Shown here: in pieces, positions 9,776-20,035 of the stretch
How the letters are laid out: every line of letters starts with the position of its first letter
Numbering within the stretch: the stretch's first letter is position 1
Origin: Promethearchaeota archaeon
GTDB lineage: Archaea; Asgardarchaeota; Lokiarchaeia; Sigyniarchaeales; SOKP01
Reading direction: 5' to 3'
Length of the DNA: 43,562 nucleotides
Assembly: GCA_016840165.1 (NCBI GenBank)
Contig: JAEOSU010000003.1
Coordinates: 1 to 43,562 of the forward strand
The notes under the pieces: model-generated
What the model was told of the DNA's origin: nothing
The model's database searches: none
What the model saw: the letters and a program-made list of their open reading frames with translations, nothing else
Program-made: the position numbers and the translations under genes

Positions 9776-11932
9776 ATGATAAATATTCTTGGATTCTTTC
9801 CTTCAAACTCAAATTTTCTCATTGATCTAATATTACTCTGTGCTACCGCATTTATAGTTTTATTTCTCCCCACCTATCCAATATTCTTTCTACTAATTCC
9901 AAAAAAACAATTTAACTTTTTAGAAAAACTCGCTCTAACAATATGCGTAGATTTAGCATTTTATATTTTGATTGGTTATATTGCGAACTCTCTTGGGATC
10001 CCAATTACAGGTTTATTTTTTTATCTATCAATTTCAATCCTCTATATCTTTTTTATCCTATATTCTTTAATAAAAGATGTAAAAAATAAAGAAAAGTTCT
10101 TTATATCAAGTGAAAATGTTAACAATGAGAGGAAAAAGATTGAGTTAAAATTTTCTCTTGCTTCTTATGTGAAGAAGAAGGTCTCTTTACCTTCTCTTAT
10201 GCTTTTTATATTTCTAATATTATTATCTATTCTTCATAGTGTCCGATTTAGCTATTTCTATGGTACAGATGCGATGTATCACGTATTTTTAATAGATTGG
10301 ATATCCAAACTCAACTTTTTACCTGTAATACAATATTTTGGCTCTTTGGGGCTACATATTTTTGGTGCTGTTATTCATTTCTTTTCTAATATCGATGTGA
10401 TTCTAATAGGGAGGTACTTTCTTTTTTATACATATTTTGTATCCGCACTGATCTTTTATAATATCCTGATGAGAATTTTCAAAAATCGTAATATCGCCAT
10501 TTTGGGTATATTTTTATTAGAAAGCTCCTCCTTAGGATTTAGTGCAATTATGTATGAGTTTTGGCCAACAAATATTGCGACAATTCTTTCATTAGAAATA
10601 TTTTTTCTTCTATATGTTCGACTAAAAAATCTTATTAAGCCTATACGACCAGATAAGGCATCAATTTTTTCGAATATTATATTTATGTATATTATTATAG
10701 TCTTTCTTGGAGTAAGTGCGATTTTTACTCATTCATTAATTTCTATGATTTTTATAGTGTCATTTAGTTTCATATATTTAATATATTTCGTAAAGAATTA
10801 TCGTAGAGGGATAGATTTTTCAGTGTTGTGCATTATATTACTAATATTTTTAATTCTTTTTGGCGCGACAGATATTAGCCTTCATTGGCAGATAGCAGGT
10901 TTCTTTAGGCTTCCTTGGTATATCTTAGTTCTGGGAGCAGCAGCAGGAGTATTTATTGTTTTGTTTTATAGAAGAGGGATTAATTTTTCTTCTGGGCGCT
11001 TTGAATTGGTGATTACCGGTAAAAAATATAAGTATTATAAGATAATTGAGGATAAATACCTTTTTCCGATTCTCTATTCCTTAATTGTAGTTATAATTGC
11101 ATCATTTTGGTATTTGAACTTTTTTTTCTTAGATTTATATTTCTCAAAAATTTTCATATCAATTGAAAGTTTAATTTTTGTAGTTTTTTGTTATTGGGGC
11201 TTAGTTCTTTTTCAGAAGAAACCACGCGGTAAACCGCTCTATTTATGGTTTATAGGGTTATTAGTTATTTATTTAGCTGCACTTAGTCTCGACATATTTA
11301 TATTGCACGAATTTTGGTCAGGTCGCATTTTACTTCTTTTTTCTCCAGTAATAATAATTGGTTTTATGTCCTATCTCTATAAAATTATAAAGCTTAAATC
11401 AATTGGAAAATTTAAGATGAAGTTTTTTATTCTTTTCGTTGTATCTTTTTCATTTTTTGCTCAATATTCAGATTTATTAATTGATGTGGATGGAATTGAA
11501 TATAGCCTTTATCATAGGGAGGTTACGTCAATATATTGGTATGCAAAATACACTAATGATCGAAATTTAATCATTTGCGAGTTTGGTTTACCCTATGTCC
11601 TTTATTATTATGATTTCCCCTACGAAGAGAACAATAAAAGCCTGACTACCGCTGATATTATAATAATTAACCAAAATCCGTTAGGCTATTTTAAACCACA
11701 AGATCACTTCTATGAAAACGGAACTAATAAATTACAGCAAAAGAAAGCAGAATTAAACACAGACATCTTTCTGATTCTCGATGATAACTATTTAGTTTTT
11801 GGAACATGGGACGTATTTCAAAGATTAACCGAAGAAGAGATGCAAAGTTATTATTATATGAAGTATCTGAATCGAATAGCATCATGTAAGAGTGAAAATG
11901 GAATAGAGGTACCCTATTACTGGGTTATTTAA
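9776..11932 (+). CDS. Polytopic membrane protein, probable GT-C-fold glycosyltransferase
   Basis: Many hydrophobic segments, GTDAMYH in an early loop, soluble C-terminal domain (EVTSIYWYAKYT...IICE); lies in the glycosylation cluster. Confidence 0.55.
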   Translation: MINILGFFPSNSNFLIDLILLCATAFIVLFLPTYPIFFLLIPKKQFNFLEKLALTICVDLAFYILIGYIANSLGIPITGLFFYLSISILYIFFILYSLIKDVKNKEKFFISSENVNNERKKIELKFSLASYVKKKVSLPSLMLFIFLILLSILHSVRFSYFYGTDAMYHVFLIDWISKLNFLPVIQYFGSLGLHIFGAVIHFFSNIDVILIGRYFLFYTYFVSALIFYNILMRIFKNRNIAILGIFLLESSSLGFSAIMYEFWPTNIATILSLEIFFLLYVRLKNLIKPIRPDKASIFSNIIFMYIIIVFLGVSAIFTHSLISMIFIVSFSFIYLIYFVKNYRRGIDFSVLCIILLIFLILFGATDISLHWQIAGFFRLPWYILVLGAAAGVFIVLFYRRGINFSSGRFELVITGKKYKYYKIIEDKYLFPILYSLIVVIIASFWYLNFFFLDLYFSKIFISIESLIFVVFCYWGLVLFQKKPRGKPLYLWFIGLLVIYLAALSLDIFILHEFWSGRILLLFSPVIIIGFMSYLYKIIKLKSIGKFKMKFFILFVVSFSFFAQYSDLLIDVDGIEYSLYHREVTSIYWYAKYTNDRNLIICEFGLPYVLYYYDFPYEENNKSLTTADIIIINQNPLGYFKPQDHFYENGTNKLQQKKAELNTDIFLILDDNYLVFGTWDVFQRLTEEEMQSYYYMKYLNRIASCKSENGIEVPYYWVI

Positions 11933-12713
11933 TAATCTCAAACTCCTCGGAATCAGAATGAACAAATTTGTTTTTCAAGATCGCATCCTTTTCTCCAGTG
12001 ATGTGAAACATTTTAGGAATATAGCCTGAGTATCCTATTTTGTCATTTCTGCAAATAAAAGCACCTAATACACCTTCAATGTCATCAATTTTGTCTAACG
12101 CTTTTTGAATTGACTGTTCGACGTCATCTCCTTTCACAAGATTGCCAATTTTGGTAGCAGCTCCATCGGCGATGGTAGCATTATGAGCAAAAATAGTCAC
12201 CACGTCAGATTGCCCCAGACTTATCGCGTGACCGATTTTAGCAGAGCTAGATGCGATCCCCATAGGGCAATCCTTCTCCTCTACTAAAAAACCAATATTA
12301 AGTTGTAACTTATTTTCCCCAGCATAGAGCGCGATCTTCATTGATTTTTCAGAATCTATGGCAATTTCTCCACCATTTTCAACTAATGCTATTCTTGCTG
12401 GAGTAGGGTTTGCTTTTGAGCCTTTTTTCATCACTTCAAGCATAAGATCAGCAAAGGCACCTGCAACCGTAGCCATTGGTCCAACATCACATATTTGCGC
12501 GCCTTCTGTCATTAGATTAATGATTTTATGCTTGCTTTCCACTTCTATTGGACTAAAAGTGGTTTGGAATTCTTTATGCGTAGATATATATTTTTCTAAT
12601 ATTCTTCGGTGGATAGAGAATTCTTCTTTTGCGGTTGAAATCGCGTTTATCGACTCTGAAATTATTGTGATATCCGACTCTTTTTCAGTAAAATGCGATT
12701 TATATATTTTCAA
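11925..12713 (-). CDS. UPF0280 family (ApbE-like) protein
   Basis: GPMATVAGAFAD, VENGGEIA, GIASSSAKIGHAISLG, ADGAATKIGN. Confidence 0.9.
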   Translation of the reverse strand: MKIYKSHFTEKESDITIISESINAISTAKEEFSIHRRILEKYISTHKEFQTTFSPIEVESKHKIINLMTEGAQICDVGPMATVAGAFADLMLEVMKKGSKANPTPARIALVENGGEIAIDSEKSMKIALYAGENKLQLNIGFLVEEKDCPMGIASSSAKIGHAISLGQSDVVTIFAHNATIADGAATKIGNLVKGDDVEQSIQKALDKIDDIEGVLGAFICRNDKIGYSGYIPKMFHITGEKDAILKNKFVHSDSEEFEIIK

Positions 12714-12823
12714 CCTTAATACTCAATAAAAGTAATTCTATCTTAAACCTTGAGATTTATATTCAAATAAATATAAATACGGTAGATATTATTATTTATG
12801 CAAAAAGTCTATAAGAATCATAT

Positions 12824-13315
12824 ATGAAACAAATTAATTATGATAACATTATCTCTCAATTAAAGAAAGAGATAAATTCAGAGTGCGCAATAGCTAATTG
12901 CTATGGATTAATCCTGGGATCTAGAATTAAAGAATTTGCGAAAGGAAAGGTAATTCCTCAGAAAATTCTCTCTCTCATATCAAATTCTCATGATATAGCA
13001 AAAGAACTTAATTTAAATCGTATAAATTCATTTGCTATCGAAGCGCAAGAATATAATTATCTTTTTACATTTAACGAAGAATTAATACTCATCTCAAAAG
13101 TAGATTTAGATGTGAATCTCGCAAAATTTATGCCGAGCATCAGTGTGTTTCTAAAGAAATTGAGTGAAAGCATAAAGGATGTTGAGATAAATGAATTCTC
13201 GATTTTTGATTTTTCCAAGGAAATCAATAAAATTCAAGAGACTATAAAAGAAGAGAAAGGAAGAGATAAAAAGTATTCCATTATTAAAGATTTAGTTAAA
13301 TATATTTCGAATTAA
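12824..13315 (+). CDS. Roadblock/LC7 (MglB-like) domain protein
   Basis: Helix-AIANCYGLILGS-helix-beta-beta-beta-helix pattern; directly upstream of a small GTPase gene. Confidence 0.6.
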   Translation: MKQINYDNIISQLKKEINSECAIANCYGLILGSRIKEFAKGKVIPQKILSLISNSHDIAKELNLNRINSFAIEAQEYNYLFTFNEELILISKVDLDVNLAKFMPSISVFLKKLSESIKDVEINEFSIFDFSKEINKIQETIKEEKGRDKKYSIIKDLVKYISN

Positions 13316-13348
13316 GAAACATAGGGTTGAGACATTATTTTAAGGCAA

Positions 13349-15469
13349 GTGTATATCTATAGGGGAAATAAATTACTCTACTATCGGCATTTTGGAAAAG
13401 CATTAAAATCTGAAGTTTTTGATTCCTTACTTCAGGACCTCAAGCATGATGCATTCAGTAAAAGTGGAAATAAAGTAGAATATCATGATTATTACAAATA
13501 TCGAATTTCCTATATTTCCGTTAAGGATTCTGAATTATTATTTTTATTTGTAACTGGTCTAACGGATAATTTTGACAATATTAAAAAAGAATTAATAAAG
13601 TGTAAAAAAGAATTTCTGAATTTATTTGAAGATATAATTCAACATAAATATGATGCTAAAACTTTTGAAGTATTTGATCCTACCATCGATTCCATCCATA
13701 GAAATTTACGTCCTAAAATCTCATTAGTTGGTTTTTCAGGAGTTGGAAAAACAACAATAACTCGCTTAATCAAAGCAGAGGAAATTCCAATGCAACACAT
13801 TCCAACTATCACAGGAGATATTGCTACCATCAAGATTGGCAAATTACATTTCCATCTTTGGGATTTCGCGGGTCAAGAGCAATTTAGTTATCTTTGGAAC
13901 AATTTTATAAAAGGGAGTGATGCAGTACTCCTAATTTCGGACTCTTCATTAGAAAACGTGGAAAAAAGCAAGTTTTTCCTGGAACTCATTAAAGAACAAG
14001 CACCAAATGCCCATACTGCAATTATTGGCAATAAACAAGATCTAGAAGAATCAATGAAACCCGAGCAAATAGAAAAGATTTTAGGACTAAAAACCTATTC
14101 TATGATTGCGAAAAACTCTGATAATCGTGATAAAATGATACAGATTGTAGCTGACGTTTTGGAAATGAGTGCTGAGGTATCACCTCTTCTTAAACCTTTA
14201 TTAAAAAGAGATACTTTTATAGAAGAAGCTACTCAGGCACTACAGAATGCAGAATTTGAAAAATCAGCTACTCTCTTTGAAAAGATAAGTGACTTATGTA
14301 TAGAATTGGGGGATGATTCTTTAGGACGCGAATTCTATGAAAAATCACAAAAAATCCTTTCTATGTTAAAAAAAGTAAGTGCTCCTTCTGCTGAACCTAA
14401 AGTAAAAGAACAACCTAAAGAAGAGAAGGTAATACCTCAACCTGAAATTGAAAAGAAACCTGTTCCTTCTGAAAAGGAAGATGTCAAAGAGAAAAAAGAA
14501 GTTCCAAAGGTAAAAACAGTAAAATTACCAGATGTTCCTCCGCTTCCGCCGAAATCAACTCCAAAAGTTCAAGTTCAAGAAAGTAATAACAAAATTACCC
14601 CATCAAAAAAGGCTGAGCCCTCAACTTCGGATGTTCCTGAAAAGTCAATATCTTTGATAAAAGAAACCACGTTCAAGAAAATTGACAGTGCTATCGAAGA
14701 AACTAATAAAATTAAAAAGGAAGTCGAATTAAAGCAAGCCCCGGAGCCAGTCGGGTTAGAATTAGATCCTGAGGATTTTATGGTGAAACCACGACCAAAA
14801 ACTGTCACTGCTGTTCCTAAAGATGCGAAACAGAAATTGAAAACATCACCATATGCTCATGTTACTAATACAGAAAAACCTAAGAAACCTGTTCCAATAA
14901 ATCCAGTTGATTTAATAAAACCAAAATCATTTATTCCACCTAAAACTCAAGGGATTCCTTCAACTCAAGCTTCTCCTAAAACACCGAAGTTATCTGAAGG
15001 TGAATTAAAGACATCACCATTCAGCTCAAAAAGTTCATTTAAAGCACCAGTACCACCTCCAATAACTTCCTCACCGAAATCAACCCCACCTAAGGAAATT
15101 TTTAGTCCAAAACCAGAAATAAAAACTCCACAAGTATCTATACCTATTGATCCGAAGAGTAAACCCAGTATTATCAGTACTGAACCAAAAAAGGAACCAG
15201 AAACTCTTACAGAAGCTAAATTAGAAGCACCAGTCTCTGAAGGAGGAAAAGATTTGTTAGATTCAAAGCAAAGGGCAGAACTTGAGAAATCGTTGATGGA
15301 TTTAAAAGTTAAAAAATCGAATGTTACGAAAATGGCTTTAGATTTAGATATGAAAGAATTAACCGGTGAAATTACTCCTGGAGAACTTGAGGAAAAGAAA
15401 ACGAAGCTCGAAAAAATAGAAAAATCCATTAACAAACAAATACAAGATATAGAACAAATGTTAAATTAA
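13349..15469 (+). CDS. Longin-like domain + small GTPase (Arf/Rag-like) + helical hairpin + Pro/Lys-rich linker + C-terminal coiled coil
   Basis: G1 GFSGVGKTT, G2 PTI, G3 WDFAGQ, G4 NKQD; N-terminal ~120 aa with a longin pattern (YIYRGNKLLYYRHF...LLFLFVTGLTD..helix). The true start may be an in-frame ATT at 13334 or 13337. Confidence 0.85.
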   Translation: MYIYRGNKLLYYRHFGKALKSEVFDSLLQDLKHDAFSKSGNKVEYHDYYKYRISYISVKDSELLFLFVTGLTDNFDNIKKELIKCKKEFLNLFEDIIQHKYDAKTFEVFDPTIDSIHRNLRPKISLVGFSGVGKTTITRLIKAEEIPMQHIPTITGDIATIKIGKLHFHLWDFAGQEQFSYLWNNFIKGSDAVLLISDSSLENVEKSKFFLELIKEQAPNAHTAIIGNKQDLEESMKPEQIEKILGLKTYSMIAKNSDNRDKMIQIVADVLEMSAEVSPLLKPLLKRDTFIEEATQALQNAEFEKSATLFEKISDLCIELGDDSLGREFYEKSQKILSMLKKVSAPSAEPKVKEQPKEEKVIPQPEIEKKPVPSEKEDVKEKKEVPKVKTVKLPDVPPLPPKSTPKVQVQESNNKITPSKKAEPSTSDVPEKSISLIKETTFKKIDSAIEETNKIKKEVELKQAPEPVGLELDPEDFMVKPRPKTVTAVPKDAKQKLKTSPYAHVTNTEKPKKPVPINPVDLIKPKSFIPPKTQGIPSTQASPKTPKLSEGELKTSPFSSKSSFKAPVPPPITSSPKSTPPKEIFSPKPEIKTPQVSIPIDPKSKPSIISTEPKKEPETLTEAKLEAPVSEGGKDLLDSKQRAELEKSLMDLKVKKSNVTKMALDLDMKELTGEITPGELEEKKTKLEKIEKSINKQIQDIEQMLN

Positions 15470-15582
15470 CTCTTTTTAATACCCTTTTATCTTACTGAGA
15501 CCATATTAAGATAAAAAATATTTATACGATTAAACCTTTAAAAGATTTAAAGTTAAGCGTTTATAAATCATGAGAGGTATAA

Positions 15583-17022
15583 GTGATGAGCCTAGTAATT
15601 ATGAAGTTTGGAGGAAGTTGCTTAGTCAATAATCACGCATTTAACAAGATTCATGAGATTACCCAACTTTATCAAAATGATCAAAAAATCTACGTATCCT
15701 CTGCGTTTAATGGAATTACCGATCTTCTTTTAAAATTGGCAAAAAACGCCAAAAAATCAATAGATATTGATAAGGATATGGCGTTGTTAGAGAAACGACA
15801 TTTTGACATTATTGAACAAGTATTTAACGAAGAAAGCGATTTTTATATAGCAGCAAAGGACTGGGTGGATGAAAACTTAAGCAGATTAGAAGATATCCTA
15901 GCAGACATTCAAGAATTTGGCTTCGAACCTTATTATCAGGCCAAAGTTATAAGTTTCGGAGAGATTTTATCCACGTATATTCTAAACCAATTTTTACTGA
16001 GTAAAGGCTATGATTCCATATATATCCCCGCAAATGAAATTATCATTACCAATGATGAATATAATAATGCTTATCCATATTTTGATTTAACTACCTCTCG
16101 TATGGCCAAATTAATCGCACCTATTTTAGAAAAACCGAATAAAAACTTGATTATTTGTATAACCGGATTTATTGGAAGGAATAAAATTGGATACACTACA
16201 ACATTAGGAAGAGGTGGTTCTGATTACTCAGCAACAATTTTAGCGCGATCTTTATCGGAAATCGGGATCCATCGAGATATTCGAGTTATTTTATGGAAAG
16301 ATGTAGATGGGATTTTAGCCATCGATCCTGAATTTGTACCCGAATCCTCGCTTATCCGGTATTTGGATTATGATGAAGCTAAGCATATAGCCAATTTTGG
16401 GGCAAAAGTACTCCATCCAAAATGTTTGGAAGCAATAGAAAAGCTCAACATCCCTATAGAGATTCGTAATTTCAATAAGCCTACCGAAATATCTAATTTT
16501 ACAACTGTTTCTCCTAAATCAGACAAGAATCAAATCAAGGGGATTTCTACTATACAAGATGGCATTATCATAACAATTACATCCGGCAGTTTGGTTGACA
16601 TGCCTGGAATTTTAGCAAAGATCTTTAAAGTTATTAGTAAAAATAATATTAGCGTCTCTTTAGTTGCGCAAAGTGCTACCGAAATAAGTACATCATTTAT
16701 AGTAAAAAAAGAAGATGCCGATAAAGCAATTAACTCCTTGAAAAAATCAGAATACTTCTCTGAATTTTTCGAGATTAAATCTGAAGAAGTAGCAATTATC
16801 AATATAACAGGAGCGAAAGTGTTGGATAACCAAACCAAAGTTAAGATTTTTCAAGCATTTGCCAAAAAAGATATACAAGTAAAAGCCTTATCTCAAAGTA
16901 CTGATGAAATCAACTTTTCAATCGTGATTCAAAAAGAGAACCTCATGGACGCGGTAACCATCCTTCATGAGGATCTATTTGAGGATTTTGAGTCCTTAAA
17001 ATATAAGGAAAATAAGAATTAA
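15583..17022 (+). CDS. lysC: Aspartate kinase with C-terminal ACT domains
   Basis: MKFGGS, SFGEILS, TTLGRGGSDYSA, WKDVDG, FGAKVLHP; two ACT repeats. Confidence 0.92.
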   Translation: MMSLVIMKFGGSCLVNNHAFNKIHEITQLYQNDQKIYVSSAFNGITDLLLKLAKNAKKSIDIDKDMALLEKRHFDIIEQVFNEESDFYIAAKDWVDENLSRLEDILADIQEFGFEPYYQAKVISFGEILSTYILNQFLLSKGYDSIYIPANEIIITNDEYNNAYPYFDLTTSRMAKLIAPILEKPNKNLIICITGFIGRNKIGYTTTLGRGGSDYSATILARSLSEIGIHRDIRVILWKDVDGILAIDPEFVPESSLIRYLDYDEAKHIANFGAKVLHPKCLEAIEKLNIPIEIRNFNKPTEISNFTTVSPKSDKNQIKGISTIQDGIIITITSGSLVDMPGILAKIFKVISKNNISVSLVAQSATEISTSFIVKKEDADKAINSLKKSEYFSEFFEIKSEEVAIINITGAKVLDNQTKVKIFQAFAKKDIQVKALSQSTDEINFSIVIQKENLMDAVTILHEDLFEDFESLKYKENKN

Positions 17023-17057
17023 TTCCAAATAAGACGATATACCTATACTGGCACTAG

Positions 17058-17597
17058 CTAAGGAGTACGTGAATCAATAATTCGGCGTGTAAGTTCTGAG
17101 AATGCCTCATCCACATGGATACCTGTTTTTGCTGAGGTTTCAATGTAGATACTACCCTCTTTCTTCGCAAAAGCTTCTGCTTCCTTCCTATCTATCACCA
17201 TACCGACATCCTCAATTAAATCTACTTTATTTCCGATAAGCACGAAAGGGATATTTTCTCCAGCAAATTGTCTTATCTCGGTTAGCCATTTTCTTGTTTC
17301 AGTATATGTTTGTTCACGAGTTAAATCAAAAACTAATAAAGCTCCTGCTGCACCCTTGTAGAATGTAGATCGGATAAACTCGAATCTTTGTTGTCCGCCG
17401 ATATCCCAAATGGAAAGTGTTGCAATTTCACCCTGTCGAAATTCAACATCTTTGGTTAGTATGTCTACACCTACGGTGAGTTTATAATTTGCTGCAAATC
17501 GATTTTTGATAAATCGTTGGACTAAGCTTGTTTTTCCGACTGCAGCTGCACCAGTAAGCAATACTTTTAATTTAAAACTTGACATAGGGTACTTCAA
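17058..17597 (-). CDS. Rab-like small GTPase (likely start ATG at 17585)
   Basis: GAAAVGKTS, TVGVDI, IWDIGGQQRF, FYKGA, LVFDLT, GNKVD, ETSAK. Confidence 0.93.
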   Translation of the reverse strand: MKYPMSSFKLKVLLTGAAAVGKTSLVQRFIKNRFAANYKLTVGVDILTKDVEFRQGEIATLSIWDIGGQQRFEFIRSTFYKGAAGALLVFDLTREQTYTETRKWLTEIRQFAGENIPFVLIGNKVDLIEDVGMVIDRKEAEAFAKKEGSIYIETSAKTGIHVDEAFSELTRRIIDSRTP

Positions 17598-17846
17598 CCT
17601 TGATAAATAGTCTTATGATCAATAAAAATTTTAATTGTATATTATTTTATTGTATATAATTTATTTAATTCTTTTTAAAAATTTAATATATTTATTTCTT
17701 AAATACTTTTACATATATTTTACCCAAAAAGGTATATATTACAAACGCGTGAGCCCAAACGTTTCTATTTTTTTAAGTAGCCTATTAATAATTAAGAAGA
17801 GAAAGAGTTAATTTTCTTAATTACTGTATAATGAGCGTGTAATTTC

Positions 17847-19808
17847 TTAATATCGCTTTGGTATATGCTTATATTCTTCTAAACTTGGAAAAAGGTCTAA
17901 ATTCATATGGGGAAAATACATTGCGTTAGCAAACTCTTTTTGAAAATTCTCTTCAACCGCAATTTCTATATAGTGAGTCCTATTTAAAAGTTTATGAGCT
18001 TTTTCTCTTAGATCAGTATCCAGTAAAGCATTCTGTGCGCCTATCCCCGCTGCATTTCCAATTTGATATATAAATTCATTCGGAATATCAGGAATCATTC
18101 CAATGAATTTTGCATTTTCTTTATTAATATAATTTCCAAAAGCACCCGCTAGAAAGATCTGTGAGATTTCACCATCATAATTATGTTTTTCTCTTAAATA
18201 TTGCATAATAATTCTTGTACCAGAAAAAAAAGCACCTTTTGCCATCTGTATTTCTCGAATATCATTCTGTGATATTGTAATGGGATGAGTAGGGTCTGAG
18301 GATTCCGTTATCAAAAACTCAACACCCTTTTGAGTTTTGATAAGTCTATGGTTATCAAGTAAGGTTTTATTAAATGTTCCACTCCGAGAGATTAAATTTA
18401 CTTTTAACATCTCAGCGACGCAATCAATTAATCCTGAGCCACATATTCCTATAGGTGATTTATTCTTGATAGTAGTATAGGACACTTCAAATGTTTTAGG
18501 ATCGATGGTGATACTGTCTATAGCACCAGTAGCAGCTCTCATACCATTAGAAATATGTGCTCCTTCTAGAGCAGATCCAGCAGCACAAGATCCTGTTGCC
18601 AAAAGATCTTTATTTCCTATAATAATCTCGCCATTTGTCCCTACATCGAGTGCTAAAGTAAATGAATCCTCATTATCTATTTGTGATGATAGCATAACAC
18701 CTATCGTATCTGCTCCGACATAGCCCGCGATAACTGGCAACACAAACACATTTCCTTGTTTGGATATATCAAGATGCAACTTTTCAGCATTAATGTCCAT
18801 ACCATGTTGAAACGCAGGAACATAGGGGCTTAAACCTATATATTTAGGATTAATACTTAGAAAAATATGATGCATTACCGAATTTCCAACAACAGTAGCT
18901 TCATATACATTTGAAGCAGAAATATTGGCTTTATTACATACTTTTTTAATGAGATCATTAAGAGCTTTCATTAAAGTGGAATTAAGTTGGTTCAAGCCAT
19001 CTTGATTACCACTGCTATAAGTAATGCGGGAAACAACGTCCTCTCCAAATGCAGTTTGTGGATTTAAGCAAGAAGCTACACCGTAAGTTTTCCCATTATT
19101 AAGATTGATGAGGTATGCAACGATCGTTGTGGTACCAATATCAATTGCAACTCCAAAGTTCGCATTTAAAGTATTTCCGGGTTCACAGTCTATAATTCTT
19201 CTATTATTTAATAGAGTTAAAGTAATCTCGTGTTTTTTTTCCCTGAGAACGTCGGGTATTTTTTTTAGGGTGTTTAATTCTATTTCAAAATTTGAAATAT
19301 CTATAGTATTGGTACTATTTTTAAAGGCAGTTTGAATTCGTTCTAAATCGGAAAAGGGTTTATCTAAGCTGGGTTTTTCTACTCGAAGAAAAACTTTTTT
19401 AATATTTGGATGTATTTTTACCCCTTTATTCAATCCTGAAGTCAGAATTTTAAAATCTTCAAAGAGAAGTTCTTCAGGGAGAAAAACTCGGAATTGTGGG
19501 GGGTTCTGATCCTTAAGCGTTTCCAGGCTATCATAACTTACTCGAGTTTGACAAGCCAATCTCCATCCTTTTCTTAATTCTTCTTTTGAAAATGAATCCA
19601 ATTCTATTTTCGTTGGTTGATTAAGAAAATTTTGGCCTTTTTGGACGAGAATTTTGCATTTTCCACAAGTACCAAGTCCACCACATAGAGAACGAATAAA
19701 TATTCCGGAGTTAATCAATAATTCATACATATTTTTATCTGGTAAAATTAATGCCCTACGAGATAATGGTTCAAAATCTACAATGACATTTTTTTCTTTA
19801 GTTCCCAT
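17847..19808 (-). CDS. ASKHA-domain reductive activator of corrinoid proteins (DUF4445/RACo-type) with N-terminal 2Fe-2S domain
   Basis: CGGLGTCGKC...RLAC ferredoxin, DIGTTT, NPQTAFGEDVVSRI, DVGTNGE, GICGSG, LAGAFG. Confidence 0.92.
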   Translation of the reverse strand: MGTKEKNVIVDFEPLSRRALILPDKNMYELLINSGIFIRSLCGGLGTCGKCKILVQKGQNFLNQPTKIELDSFSKEELRKGWRLACQTRVSYDSLETLKDQNPPQFRVFLPEELLFEDFKILTSGLNKGVKIHPNIKKVFLRVEKPSLDKPFSDLERIQTAFKNSTNTIDISNFEIELNTLKKIPDVLREKKHEITLTLLNNRRIIDCEPGNTLNANFGVAIDIGTTTIVAYLINLNNGKTYGVASCLNPQTAFGEDVVSRITYSSGNQDGLNQLNSTLMKALNDLIKKVCNKANISASNVYEATVVGNSVMHHIFLSINPKYIGLSPYVPAFQHGMDINAEKLHLDISKQGNVFVLPVIAGYVGADTIGVMLSSQIDNEDSFTLALDVGTNGEIIIGNKDLLATGSCAAGSALEGAHISNGMRAATGAIDSITIDPKTFEVSYTTIKNKSPIGICGSGLIDCVAEMLKVNLISRSGTFNKTLLDNHRLIKTQKGVEFLITESSDPTHPITISQNDIREIQMAKGAFFSGTRIIMQYLREKHNYDGEISQIFLAGAFGNYINKENAKFIGMIPDIPNEFIYQIGNAAGIGAQNALLDTDLREKAHKLLNRTHYIEIAVEENFQKEFANAMYFPHMNLDLFPSLEEYKHIPKRY

Positions 19809-20035
19809 GTTTGATCCATATTGTACGCTAATGTAATTTTAAATCAAAGAGTACTCCTATAGAAATCGTTAAAAAAAAGAATTCTGCGTTCTTAACAATT
19901 TTCTATAAGATATAAGTAATAAAATATAAAAAGTTTAATTAAGAAATCGGTTTCATTAAATGTAAGAATAATCTAGTTTTATCCATATAAAAGGGTATAT
20001 ACTTAATTCTAAATTAGATATGAGGTTACGTGTAG

